Assembly (NCBI GenBank): GCA_036676235.1 | Contig: JAKFDI010000011.1 | Location: 171,849 to 235,848 of the forward strand | Length of the DNA: 64,000 bases | Direction: 5' to 3' | From: Rhizobacter sp. | Lineage (GTDB): Bacteria; Pseudomonadota; Gammaproteobacteria; Burkholderiales; Burkholderiaceae_C | Made by a program: the position numbers and the translations under genes | Notes under the pieces: model-generated | Told to the model about the DNA's origin: nothing | Seen by the model: the letters and a program-made list of their open reading frames with translations, nothing else | The model's database searches: none | Shown: piece after piece, positions 13,265 to 22,922 of the stretch | Position numbering within the stretch: position 1 is the stretch's first letter | How the letters are laid out: each line of letters opens with the position of its first letter

Positions 13265-13543
13265 ATGACCACGGCTGAAACGCTGAACCTGATGATGATG
13301 GGCGCCATCGCCGTGGTGTCCTTCGCCATCGGTCTCGTCTTCTGGCGCTACTGGCGCACCACCAGAGACCGCTTCTTCCTGCTCTTCTCGCTGTCGTTCG
13401 TGCTCGAGTCGCTGAACCGCGTGCACATGGGGCTGGTGCATGCCTGGTCGGAAGATTCACCGCTGCACTACGGTGTGCGCCTCATCTCCTACTCGCTGAT
13501 CCTGATTGCGATCTGGCTGAAGAACCGCCCCTCGGGCGACTGA
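13265..13543 (+). CDS. Small 3-TM membrane protein (paralog 2)
   Basis: 92 aa with the same TM1-RYWRTTRDR-TM2-SLNRV-TM3 layout as the 12868 ORF. Confidence 0.6.
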   Translation: MTTAETLNLMMMGAIAVVSFAIGLVFWRYWRTTRDRFFLLFSLSFVLESLNRVHMGLVHAWSEDSPLHYGVRLISYSLILIAIWLKNRPSGD

Positions 13544-13565
13544 GCAGGAAGCCCGAGCGCCGGCG

Positions 13566-14600
13566 GTGCGCGCGCCGCACGGCGACAATTGCGGCGTGAC
13601 TTCCCCTGCCGAAATTTCGCCTTGGCGCCTGTCGGTCGCGCCGATGATGGACTGGACCGATCGGCACTGCCGCTACTTCCATCGCCTGCTCACGCGTCGC
13701 ACGCGCCTGTACACCGAGATGGTGACGACCGGCGCGCTGATTCATGGTGACGTGGCGCGGCACCTGGCCTTCAACGCCGAAGAGCATCCCGTGGCGCTGC
13801 AGCTCGGCGGCAGCGAGCCGCGCGATCTTGCGCACTGCGCCAAGCTCGGCGAGTCGTGGGGTTACGACGAGATCAACCTCAATTGCGGCTGCCCCAGCGA
13901 ACGGGTGCAGCGCGGCGCTTTCGGCGCTTGCCTGATGGCCGAGGCGCCGCTGGTGGCCGACTGCGTGAAGGCGATGCGCGACGCGGTGAGCATTCCGGTC
14001 ACGGTGAAGCACCGCATCGGCATCGACCGCACCGAGAGCTACGACTTCGTGCGTGATTTCGTCGGCACGCTCGCCGCAGCTGGCTGCGAAGTCTTCATCG
14101 TGCACGCGCGCAATGCGTGGCTGAAGGGTTTGAGCCCGAAGGAGAACCGCGAGATCCCGCCGCTGCGCCACGAGATGGTGTACGCGCTCAAGCGAGATTT
14201 CCCCGCGCTGACCATCGTGCTCAACGGCGGCGTGACCACCGATGCGCAGATCGGCGAACACTTGGCGCACGTCGACGGCGTGATGGTCGGCCGCGAGGCC
14301 TACCACCATCCGTGGCTGATGGCGGGGTGGGACGCGCGCTGGCTCGGCGGCGAGCCCGAAGAGCCGCTCGAACGCGAGGCTGTCGAGCTGGCGATGGTCG
14401 ACTACATGGCGCGGCAGTCAGCGCAGGGCGAGCCCTGGTCGCATGTGTCGCGGCACATGCTCGGCTTACGCAACGGGCTCGCGGGGGCTCGGCGTTGGCG
14501 GCAGGTGTGGTCGGACCATCGGTTCAAGAGCGACCCGCCCCGCGAAGTCAGCCGCCGTGCGCGTGGCGCGGCGGAAGAAGCGGCGGTAGCCGCCGGGTGA
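13566..14600 (+). CDS. dusA: tRNA dihydrouridine(20/20a) synthase DusA
   Basis: LSVAPMMDWTDRHCRYFHRLL and INLNCGCPS motifs. Start uncertain (GTG at 13566 or 13596). Confidence 0.9.
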   Translation: MRAPHGDNCGVTSPAEISPWRLSVAPMMDWTDRHCRYFHRLLTRRTRLYTEMVTTGALIHGDVARHLAFNAEEHPVALQLGGSEPRDLAHCAKLGESWGYDEINLNCGCPSERVQRGAFGACLMAEAPLVADCVKAMRDAVSIPVTVKHRIGIDRTESYDFVRDFVGTLAAAGCEVFIVHARNAWLKGLSPKENREIPPLRHEMVYALKRDFPALTIVLNGGVTTDAQIGEHLAHVDGVMVGREAYHHPWLMAGWDARWLGGEPEEPLEREAVELAMVDYMARQSAQGEPWSHVSRHMLGLRNGLAGARRWRQVWSDHRFKSDPPREVSRRARGAAEEAAVAAG

Positions 14601-14823
14601 CGACGCCAGCAAGAACGAGGCGCAGCGGCTGCGCCATCACGTGCCGTCTGCGTAAACCCTGAGGCGTTAAGCGCCTTTCGTTGCAAAACAGGCTGCAAAT
14701 ATTGCAACAGCCCTTGCGAGGGTTTGGATCGCGTGAGCGCGTGCCCCCGCGCAAGCAGTGAACAGAGGCCGGTCGGCACGGCACAAGCCCTAGGAGCCCG
14801 GCCGACGAGCTGCGTTTCGCCAC

Positions 14824-14839
14824 TGGCACGGCACGTGCT
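14824..14839 (+). promoter_or_regulatory. Candidate sigma-54 (-24/-12) promoter upstream of the giant kinase
   Basis: TGGCACGGCACGTGCT matches TGGCACG-N4-TTGCW with correct GG-to-GC spacing and one mismatch. It lies about 130 nt upstream of the first ATG. Confidence 0.35.
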
Positions 14840-14970
14840 CCCCCGCCCCGGGGCGCCGGCCACGCACGGCTCGCTGCAGTCGCCACTCGCGCCGAAGAAT
14901 CCGGCAGCGCCCCAGTCCTTGAGAGAACCCGATCGCGCGGTCGCCGTCGTTGCGCCGTGCGTTTTCACGC

Positions 14971-17900
14971 ATGGGGTATTCGATGATCGTCCACGAAGAC
15001 AAGGCGTTCCTGGCTCCGGCCGAGGAGCTTTCGGCGTTGCTCGAAGCCCTGACGGCCCTCAAGCGCGGCGACGCGACGGTGCGGCTGCCCGCGCACTGGG
15101 AGGGGCTCACCGGCAAGGTGGCCGACGTGTTCAACGACGTGGTCGAGCAGAACGCCGCGATGGCCGGCGAGATCGCCCGGCTGCGGCGCGTCGTGGGCAA
15201 GGAGGGCAAGCTCAAGCAGCGTGCCTCGCTGCCCAACGCGCGCGGCTTCTGGGGCGAATCGGTCGACTGCATCAATGCGCTGATCGACGACCTCGTCTAC
15301 CCCACCACCGAAGTCGCGCGGGTGATCGGCGCGGTGGCGCAAGGCGATTTGTCGAAGTCGATGGCGCTCGAGGTGGAAGGGCGCGAGCTGGAAGGCGAGT
15401 TCCTGCGCACGGCCAAGACCATCAACAAGATGGTCGACCAGCTCGGCAACTTCTCGGCCGAAGTGACGCGCGTGGCGCGCGAGGTGGGCACCGAGGGCAA
15501 GCTCGGCGGCCAGGCGAAGGTGAAGGGCGTGGCCGGCACCTGGAAGGACCTCACCGATTCGGTGAACTCGATGGCCGGCAACCTGACCGACCAGGTGCGC
15601 AACATCGCCGACGTGACAACGGCGGTGGCGAAGGGCGACCTCTCCAAGAAGATCGACGTGAACGTGAAGGGCGAGTTCCTCACGCTCAAGAACACCATCA
15701 ACACGATGGTCGACCAGTTGCGCAGCTTCGCCTCGGAAGTGACACGCGTGGCGCGCGAGGTGGGCACCGAAGGCATGCTGGGCGGGCAAGCCCGGGTGGA
15801 GGGTGTGTCGGGCACCTGGAAGGACCTCACCGACTCGGTGAACTCGATGGCCGGCAACCTGACTTCTCAGGTGCGAAACATCGCCGATGTGACGAAAGCC
15901 GTGGCAGCCGGCGACCTCTCCAAGAAGATCACCGTCGACGGCAAGGGCGAAATCCTCGAACTCAAAAACACCGTCAACACGCTCGTCGACCAGTTGCGCA
16001 GCTTCGCCGCCGAAGTGACGCGCGTGGCGCGCGAGGTGGGCACCGAAGGCAAGCTGGGCGGCCAGGCCGATGTGCAGGGCGTGGCCGGCACGTGGAAGGA
16101 CCTGACGGAGTCGGTGAACTTCATGGCCGGCAACCTGACCTCGCAGGTGCGCAACATCGCGGAAGTCACGACGGCGGTGGCCGCGGGCGACTTGTCCAAG
16201 AAGATCACGGTGGACGTGAAGGGCGAGATCTCGGAGCTGAAGAACACCATCAACACGATGGTCGACCAGCTGCGCAGCTTCGCCGCCGAAGTGACGCGCG
16301 TGGCGCGCGAGGTGGGCACCGAAGGCAAGCTGGGCGGCCAGGCGGACGTGCAGGGCGTGGCCGGCACCTGGAAAGACCTCACCGATTCGGTGAACTCGAT
16401 GGCCTCGAACCTCACGAGCCAGGTGCGCAACATCGCCGATGTGACCAAGGCGGTGGCGGCCGGCGACCTTTCCAAGAAGATCACCGTCGACGTGAAGGGC
16501 GAGATCCTCGAACTCAAGGCGACGATCAACACGATGGTCGACCAGCTCTCGTCGTTTGCCGCGGAAGTGACGCGCGTGGCGCGCGAGGTGGGCACCGAAG
16601 GCAAGCTGGGCGGGCAGGCCGATGTGCAGGGCGTGGCCGGCACGTGGAAGGATCTCACCGAGTCGGTGAACTCGATGGCCTCCAACCTCACGTCGCAGGT
16701 GCGAAACATCGCTGACGTGACCAAGGCTGTGGCAGCCGGTGACCTGTCGAAGAAGATCACGGTGGACGTGAAGGGCGAGATCCTGGAACTCAAGGCCACC
16801 ATCAACACCATGGTGGATCAGTTGCGAAGCTTTGCCGCCGAAGTGACGCGCGTGGCGCGCGAGGTGGGCACCGAAGGCAACCTCGGTGGGCAGGCCGACG
16901 TGCAGGGCGTGGCCGGCACGTGGAAGGACCTCACCGAATCGGTGAACTTCATGGCGGGCAACCTGACCTCTCAGGTACGCAACATCGCGGAAGTCACGAC
17001 GGCGGTGGCAGCGGGCGACTTGTCCAAGAAGATCACGGTGGACGTGAAGGGCGAAATCTCCGAGCTGAAGAACACCATCAACACGATGGTGGATCAACTC
17101 CGCAGCTTTGCCGCCGAAGTGACGCGCGTGGCGCGCGAGGTGGGCACCGAGGGCAAGCTCGGCGGGCAAGCGGAAGTGCAGGGCGTGGCCGGCACCTGGA
17201 AGGACCTCACGGACAACGTGAACCTGATGGCCTCCAACCTCACGAGCCAGGTGCGCAACATCGCCGACGTGACCAAGGCGGTGCAGGCCGGCGACCTCTC
17301 CAAGAAGATCACGGTGGACGTGAAGGGTGAGATCTCCGAGCTCAAGCGCACCATCAACACCATGGTCGACCAGCTCTCGTCGTTCGCCGCGGAAGTGACG
17401 CGCGTGGCGCGCGAGGTGGGCACCGAAGGGCGGCTCGGCGGGCAGGCGCAGGTGCCGGGCGTGTCGGGCACGTGGAAGGACCTGACCGACAACGTGAACT
17501 CCATGGCCGGCAACCTGACCGGCCAGGTGCGCGGCATCGCCAAGGTGGTGAGCGCGGTGGCCTGGGGCGACCTGCAGCAAAAGCTCACGGTGGACGCCAA
17601 GGGCGAGATCGCGGCACTCGCCGACACCATCAACAGCATGACGGACACGCTGGCCACCTTCGCCGACCAGGTGACCAGTGTGGCGCGCGAGGTGGGCGTG
17701 GAAGGCAAGCTCGGCGGCCAGGCCAAGGTGCCCGGCGCCGCCGGCACCTGGAAGGGGCTGACGGAGAACGTGAACAACCTCGCGGCCAACCTCACGACGC
17801 AGGTTCGCGCGATTGCCGAGGTGGCCACCGCCGTGACGCAGGGCGACCTCACGCGCTCCATCACCGTGCAGGCCAAGGGCGAGGTCGCTTCCTTGAAGGA

Positions 17901-20745
17901 CACGATCAACGAGATGATCCGCAACCTCAAGGACACCACGCAGAAGAACACCGAGCAGGATTGGCTCAAGACCAACCTCGCCAAGTTCAGCCGCATGCTG
18001 CAGGGTCAGAAGGACCTGGTCACGGTGGGCCAGCTCATCCTGTCGGAGTTGGCGCCGGTGGTCGGTGCGCAGCAGGCCGAGTTCTACGTGCTGCGCGGCG
18101 GCGCCATGGCCGCACCCAAGCTCAAGCTGTTCGCGAGCTACGCCTCCGGCGGGCAGGATTCGCACGGCAAGGAACTGCAGCTCGGCGAGGGCCTCGTCGG
18201 CCAATGCGCCATCGATGCGCAGAAGATCTGGCTGACCAACGTGCCGAGCACCGCGTTCCGCGTGGCCACGGGCCTGTCCGAGGGCGCGGCGATGGACGTG
18301 CTGGTGCTGCCCGTAATCTTCGAGGGCCAGGTGCGCGGCGTGCTGGAACTCGCGTCGCTCGAACGCTTCAGCTCGACGCACGAAGCCTTTCTCGACCAGC
18401 TCACCGAATCGATCGGCATCGTGCTCAACACGATCGAGGCCAACATGCGAACGGAAGACCTGCTCACGCAGTCGCAGTCGCTGGCCGAGGAACTGCAGAA
18501 CCGCCAGGAGGAGCTGCAGCAGACCAACGAGGAACTGCAGGAGAAGGCCCGCCTGCTCGCCCACCAGAACCAGGAGGTGGAGCGCAAGAACAGCGAGGTC
18601 GAGCAGGCCCGCCAGGCGCTGGAAGAGAAGGCCGAGCAACTCGCGCTCACCTCGAAGTACAAGAGCGAGTTCCTCGCCAACATGTCGCATGAGCTGCGCA
18701 CGCCGCTCAACAGCCTGCTGATCCTGTCGGACCAGCTGTGCAAGAACAGCGAAGGCAATCTCACCTCGCGGCAGGTGGAGTTTGCGAAAACCATCCACCT
18801 CTCGGGCAACGACCTGCTGATGCTCATCAACGACATCCTCGACCTGTCGAAGATCGAGTCGGGCACGGTGGCGGTGGACGTGAGCGAACTGCGGCTCGAC
18901 GACCTCAGCCGCTCGGTCGACCGCAGCTTCCGCCACATCGCCGAGTCCAAGCAGGTCGGCTTCCAGATCGATGTGCGTCCGCCGCTGCCGAAGAACGTGG
19001 TTACCGACGTGAAGCGCCTGCAGCAGATCGTGAAGAACCTGCTGTCCAATGCCTTCAAGTTCACGCACCAGGGCAAGGTGACGCTGAGCATCTCGGTCGC
19101 CGAGGGCGGCTGGTCGCCCGACAACGAGCAGCTGCAGCGTGCCTCGCAGGTGGTGGCCTTCGCCGTCTCGGACACCGGCATCGGCATCTCGCCCGACAAG
19201 CAGCAGATCATCTTCGAGGCCTTCCAGCAGGCCGACGGCTCCACCTCGCGCAAGTACGGCGGCACGGGCCTCGGGCTCGCGATCAGCCGCGAGCTGTCGC
19301 GCCTGCTCGGCGGCGAGATCCGCCTCACCAGCGCGCCGGGCAAGGGCAGCACCTTCACGCTGTTCCTGCCGCAGAGCTACAACCCGATGCGCAGCGGCCG
19401 CGCCGGGCGCCTGAGCGCGCCCGATACCACGCCCGCCGCGCTGCACGAACGCCATGCCGTGGCCGCCGACCGTGCGATGCCGACCCTCGAATCCGGCGGC
19501 ATGAGCGCGCTGGCCGGCGACGACGAGCCGCACTGGGAGAACCTTGCCGACGACGACCGCGGCGATCTCGCGCGCGGCGACAAGGTGCTGCTGATCGTCG
19601 AGAACGACCTCGCGTTCGCGCGGCTGCTGCTCGATGCGGCACGGGTCAGCGGCTTCAAGGGACTCGTGAGCACCAGCGGTGCCGCAGCGCTCTTGATGAC
19701 GCGCGAGTACCAGCCCTCGGTCATCACGCTCGACATCCACCTTCCGGACATGGAGGGCTGGCGCATTCTCGAGCGGCTCAAGAGCGATCTCGAGACGCGC
19801 CACATTCCGATCTGCGTCGTGTCCACCGACGACTCGCGCCCGCGCGCCCTGGCCTCGGGCGCGGTCGGCTTCCTCACCAAGCCGCTGCAATCGGCCGACG
19901 TGCTCGACCAGGTGCTGACCGACCTGTACCAGTTCGCCGCCCGCTCGGCCAAGAAGCTGCTCGTGCTGATGGAAGACACTCCGCTGCGCGAGCGCTACGT
20001 CGAATGCCAGGAGGGCGAGACCGACATCGTGATCGCCGCAACGGCCGCCGAGGCGCGCGCCGAGCTGGCCGGCGGCGATGTCGACTGCATGGTGTGCGAC
20101 GGCCACCTCGCCGACTTCGGCCCCGAAGACGTGATCGAGCTGCTGGAGCGGCGCCCGCTGGTGCGGCAACTGCCCATCGTGCTGCACTGCAGCCACCACG
20201 AGGACGCGGCGGCGAAATGGAAGCGCGGCCACGGCGCATTCGCCCTGCGCGAGGCGCGCAGCATCGAGCAACTGCTGGACGCCACCGCGTTCTTCCTGCA
20301 CCGTGGCACGGGCGACATGTCGGAGCCCGAGCGCCAGTCGGTGCAGGCGCTGCATGAGGGGCGGCGCGCGCTCGAAGGCCGCAAGGCGCTGATCGTCGAC
20401 GACGACATGCGCAATATCTTCGCCCTCGCGACAGTGCTCGACGAGCACGGCATGGTGATCGTCTCGGCCGACAACGGCCAAGATGCGGTGCGCATTGTCG
20501 AGACCGACCCGAGCATCGACATCGTGCTGATGGACATCATGATGCCGGAGATGGATGGCATCGCCACCATGAAAGCCATGCGCCGGCTGCCGCGCGGCAA
20601 GAGCCTGCCCATCATCGCCGTGACCGCCAAGGCGATGAAGGGTGACCGCGAGAAATGCATTGACGCCGGTGCCTGGGACTACCTCTCCAAACCGGTCGAC
20701 ACCACCTACCTGCTCACGGTGCTCAAGGGCTGGCTGTGGAACTGA
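14971..20745 (+). CDS. Giant soluble hybrid sensor histidine kinase: poly-HAMP array, GAF, coiled coil, HisKA, HATPase, REC, degenerate REC, REC
   Basis: No TM segment. About 10 HAMP-type units. His[20 protein letters not shown]; HATPase [18 protein letters not shown]. Receivers have [10 protein letters not shown] and DIMMPEMDG acidic pockets. Start uncertain (TTG 14950, ATG 14971 or ATG 14983). Confidence 0.9.
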   Translation: MGYSMIVHEDKAFLAPAEELSALLEALTALKRGDATVRLPAHWEGLTGKVADVFNDVVEQNAAMAGEIARLRRVVGKEGKLKQRASLPNARGFWGESVDCINALIDDLVYPTTEVARVIGAVAQGDLSKSMALEVEGRELEGEFLRTAKTINKMVDQLGNFSAEVTRVAREVGTEGKLGGQAKVKGVAGTWKDLTDSVNSMAGNLTDQVRNIADVTTAVAKGDLSKKIDVNVKGEFLTLKNTINTMVDQLRSFASEVTRVAREVGTEGMLGGQARVEGVSGTWKDLTDSVNSMAGNLTSQVRNIADVTKAVAAGDLSKKITVDGKGEILELKNTVNTLVDQLRSFAAEVTRVAREVGTEGKLGGQADVQGVAGTWKDLTESVNFMAGNLTSQVRNIAEVTTAVAAGDLSKKITVDVKGEISELKNTINTMVDQLRSFAAEVTRVAREVGTEGKLGGQADVQGVAGTWKDLTDSVNSMASNLTSQVRNIADVTKAVAAGDLSKKITVDVKGEILELKATINTMVDQLSSFAAEVTRVAREVGTEGKLGGQADVQGVAGTWKDLTESVNSMASNLTSQVRNIADVTKAVAAGDLSKKITVDVKGEILELKATINTMVDQLRSFAAEVTRVAREVGTEGNLGGQADVQGVAGTWKDLTESVNFMAGNLTSQVRNIAEVTTAVAAGDLSKKITVDVKGEISELKNTINTMVDQLRSFAAEVTRVAREVGTEGKLGGQAEVQGVAGTWKDLTDNVNLMASNLTSQVRNIADVTKAVQAGDLSKKITVDVKGEISELKRTINTMVDQLSSFAAEVTRVAREVGTEGRLGGQAQVPGVSGTWKDLTDNVNSMAGNLTGQVRGIAKVVSAVAWGDLQQKLTVDAKGEIAALADTINSMTDTLATFADQVTSVAREVGVEGKLGGQAKVPGAAGTWKGLTENVNNLAANLTTQVRAIAEVATAVTQGDLTRSITVQAKGEVASLKDTINEMIRNLKDTTQKNTEQDWLKTNLAKFSRMLQGQKDLVTVGQLILSELAPVVGAQQAEFYVLRGGAMAAPKLKLFASYASGGQDSHGKELQLGEGLVGQCAIDAQKIWLTNVPSTAFRVATGLSEGAAMDVLVLPVIFEGQVRGVLELASLERFSSTHEAFLDQLTESIGIVLNTIEANMRTEDLLTQSQSLAEELQNRQEELQQTNEELQEKARLLAHQNQEVERKNSEVEQARQALEEKAEQLALTSKYKSEFLANMSHELRTPLNSLLILSDQLCKNSEGNLTSRQVEFAKTIHLSGNDLLMLINDILDLSKIESGTVAVDVSELRLDDLSRSVDRSFRHIAESKQVGFQIDVRPPLPKNVVTDVKRLQQIVKNLLSNAFKFTHQGKVTLSISVAEGGWSPDNEQLQRASQVVAFAVSDTGIGISPDKQQIIFEAFQQADGSTSRKYGGTGLGLAISRELSRLLGGEIRLTSAPGKGSTFTLFLPQSYNPMRSGRAGRLSAPDTTPAALHERHAVAADRAMPTLESGGMSALAGDDEPHWENLADDDRGDLARGDKVLLIVENDLAFARLLLDAARVSGFKGLVSTSGAAALLMTREYQPSVITLDIHLPDMEGWRILERLKSDLETRHIPICVVSTDDSRPRALASGAVGFLTKPLQSADVLDQVLTDLYQFAARSAKKLLVLMEDTPLRERYVECQEGETDIVIAATAAEARAELAGGDVDCMVCDGHLADFGPEDVIELLERRPLVRQLPIVLHCSHHEDAAAKWKRGHGAFALREARSIEQLLDATAFFLHRGTGDMSEPERQSVQALHEGRRALEGRKALIVDDDMRNIFALATVLDEHGMVIVSADNGQDAVRIVETDPSIDIVLMDIMMPEMDGIATMKAMRRLPRGKSLPIIAVTAKAMKGDREKCIDAGAWDYLSKPVDTTYLLTVLKGWLWN
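15463..17946 (+). repeat. Nine tandem in-frame 276-bp (92-aa) HAMP-containing coding repeats
   Basis: Each unit starts GTGAC(G/A/C)...(VT[RS]VAREVG.EG). I verified the exact 276-nt period at 15463, 15739 and 16015; the remaining boundaries follow from the 92-aa periodicity in the translation. Confidence 0.9.
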
Positions 20746-22919
20746 ACGCGCAGTCCACCCAACCGGGCGACTTGGTGGCCGCAGCCGCCAAGTCGAACAT
20801 CCTCATCGTCGACGACCTGCCGGAGAAGCTGCTCGTCTTCGGCACCGTGCTCGAAGACCTGGGCCAGAACCTCGTGTTCGTGCGCTCGGGTGCCGATGCA
20901 CTGCGCGAGGTGCTGCAGCGCGAGTTCGCGGTGATCCTGCTCGACGTCAACATGCCCGACATCGACGGCTTCGAGACCGCAAGCCTGATCCGCCGCTACA
21001 AGCGCTCGGCGCACACGCCGATCATCTTCATCACCGCCTTTGCGGACGAAATCCAGACGGCGCGCGGCTACTCGCTCGGCGCCGTGGACTACATCCTCTC
21101 GCCGGTGGTGCCCGAGGTGCTGCGCAGCAAGGTGAAGGTGTTCGTCGAGCTGCATTCGATGCAGCGCCGCCTGCGCGACCAGGCCGACGAGCGCGTGGCC
21201 CGCGTGGCCGCAGAAACCGCACGGCGCCTGGCCGAGGACGCCGGGCGGCGCTCGCAATTCCTCTCGAACGCGAGCCGCGTGCTCGGCGGCTCGCTCGACC
21301 GCGACGTGGGCATGCACCGGCTGGCCGAACTGCTGGTGCCTGAACTCGCCGCCTTCGCCGCGCTCGCGCTCGTCGACGAGCAGGGCGAGCTGCAGCCGGT
21401 GGTGACGGCCGGGCCGGCGACCGCACACGCGCAAGCGCCTCCGCCGGAGCCGGCATTGCGGGCGATGCGGGAAGCCTTCGCGAGCCGGCGGCGCGTGACG
21501 CGCGAGCTTGCGGACACCGAGAACCCGGATGGGCCCGACGCACCGCCGCTGCAACGCCTCGCCGCCGTGCCGATGGTGATCGGCGACCGCGCGCTTGGCG
21601 CCTTGCTCGTCGCAGCGCCGCGCGAGGCGCCGGGCCAGAGCCCGCGCGACTGGGATCTTCTCGAAGACCTGGCCGACCGCGCCGCCATCGCCTTCGAGAA
21701 CGCCCAGCTCTACCGCAGCCTGCAAGCAGAAATCATCGAGCGGCGTGCCGCCGAGACCGAGTTGCAGGACGCGAGCCGCCGCAAGGACGAATTCCTCGCC
21801 ATGCTGTCGCACGAGCTGCGCAACCCGCTCGCGCCGATTCGCAACGCGCTCGAAGTGGTGCGCCGCATCGCGCCGCCCGATTCCAAGCTCACCTGGGCCG
21901 GCGACGTGATGGACCGGCAGGTGCGCCACCTCACGCGGCTGGTCGAAGAGCTGCTCGATGTGGCGCGCATCAGCCAGGGAAAGATTTCGCTGAACCGCGA
22001 GCCGGTGGATCTGAACGCCGTCATCGCCCACAGCGTGGAGACGGCACAGCCCTTCGTCGACGCGCGCGGGCATGGGCTGCAGGTGCAGTTGCCACACACG
22101 CCGGTGTTTCTGCAGGGCGACTTCGCCCGCCTCGCGCAGGTGGTGGGCAACCTGCTGCACAACGCCGCCAAGTTCAGCCAGGAGGGCGGGCGCATCCATC
22201 TCGCGCTGTGGGTGGAAGACGGCAACGCGGTGATCGCCGTGCGCGACGAAGGCATCGGCATCGACGCCACCTTGCTGCCGCGCATCTTCGATCTCTTTTC
22301 GCAAGGCAGCCGTTCGCTCGACCGCAGCCAGGGCGGTCTCGGCGTCGGCCTCACGCTGGTGAGGCGGCTGGTGGAACTTCACGGCGGCCGCGTGGAAGCG
22401 CTGAGCGAAGGCTCCGACCGTGGCGCTGAGTTCCGCGTGCACATTCCGTGCATCAGCGTGGTGGGCAGCGGCGACGGCGATGCGTCCCCAGTGCAAGCGC
22501 CTTCGCCCTCCGGCGGGCGCCGGGTGCTGATCGTCGACGACAACCACGACGCCGCCGACAGCGTGGCGCAGTTTCTCCAGCTCGAAGGCCACGAGGTGAA
22601 GACGGTGGGCGACGGCATGCAGGCCATTGCCTGCGTGCCGGTGTTCGCGCCGCAGGTCGTGGTGCTCGACATCGGCCTGCCGGTGCTCAGCGGCTACGAG
22701 GTCGCCAAGCGCCTGCGCGAGATGCCGGCCACGCGCGATGCACTGATCGTGGCGCTCACCGGCTATGGGCAGAAGGAGGACAAGCAGCGGGCGCTGGAGT
22801 CGGGCTTCGACCACCACTTCGTGAAGCCCACCGACCCGCATGCGCTGACCGCGCTGATCGCACGCTGGACCAGCGAAATCGCTGACAAGGGCGGCGCGGC
22901 CGACAGCGCGGCGCGCTGA
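20736..22919 (+). CDS. Hybrid signalling protein: REC, GAF-like, HisKA, HATPase, REC
   Basis: N-terminal receiver (ILIVDDLPEK...LLDVNMPDIDG), HisKA DEFLAMLSHELRNPLAPI, HATPase GGLGVGLTLVRRLVELHGG, C-terminal receiver. GTG start overlaps the upstream kinase by 10 nt. Confidence 0.88.
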   Translation: MELNAQSTQPGDLVAAAAKSNILIVDDLPEKLLVFGTVLEDLGQNLVFVRSGADALREVLQREFAVILLDVNMPDIDGFETASLIRRYKRSAHTPIIFITAFADEIQTARGYSLGAVDYILSPVVPEVLRSKVKVFVELHSMQRRLRDQADERVARVAAETARRLAEDAGRRSQFLSNASRVLGGSLDRDVGMHRLAELLVPELAAFAALALVDEQGELQPVVTAGPATAHAQAPPPEPALRAMREAFASRRRVTRELADTENPDGPDAPPLQRLAAVPMVIGDRALGALLVAAPREAPGQSPRDWDLLEDLADRAAIAFENAQLYRSLQAEIIERRAAETELQDASRRKDEFLAMLSHELRNPLAPIRNALEVVRRIAPPDSKLTWAGDVMDRQVRHLTRLVEELLDVARISQGKISLNREPVDLNAVIAHSVETAQPFVDARGHGLQVQLPHTPVFLQGDFARLAQVVGNLLHNAAKFSQEGGRIHLALWVEDGNAVIAVRDEGIGIDATLLPRIFDLFSQGSRSLDRSQGGLGVGLTLVRRLVELHGGRVEALSEGSDRGAEFRVHIPCISVVGSGDGDASPVQAPSPSGGRRVLIVDDNHDAADSVAQFLQLEGHEVKTVGDGMQAIACVPVFAPQVVVLDIGLPVLSGYEVAKRLREMPATRDALIVALTGYGQKEDKQRALESGFDHHFVKPTDPHALTALIARWTSEIADKGGAADSAAR

Positions 22920-22922
22920 CGC

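Noticed and set aside
12287-14600. A genomic island integrated at tRNA-Ser or at the dusA 5' end, both known integration hot spots.
   Set aside because: The interval contains no integrase, excisionase or transposase. I found no direct repeat of the tRNA 3' end. Codon-position GC of the cluster looks native.
15463-17946. The tandem 276-bp repeats as a CRISPR array or a non-coding satellite.
   Set aside because: The units abut with no spacers. They are exactly in frame (92 codons) inside a long ORF with kinase domains downstream, and they vary mainly at third codon positions. They are coding repeats.
14965-20481. 1,838-aa ORF antisense to the poly-HAMP kinase. Similar giant antisense or alternate-frame ORFs occur at 1230-3806, 10913-12829, 20706-22841 and 53817-55976.
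   Set aside because: These show typical high-GC stop-codon depletion. Their translations are Arg/Ala/Gly/His-rich low-complexity sequence with no recognisable motifs. The opposite strand or frame carries unmistakable homologs (ClpA, LysC, histidine kinases, the lipoprotein).
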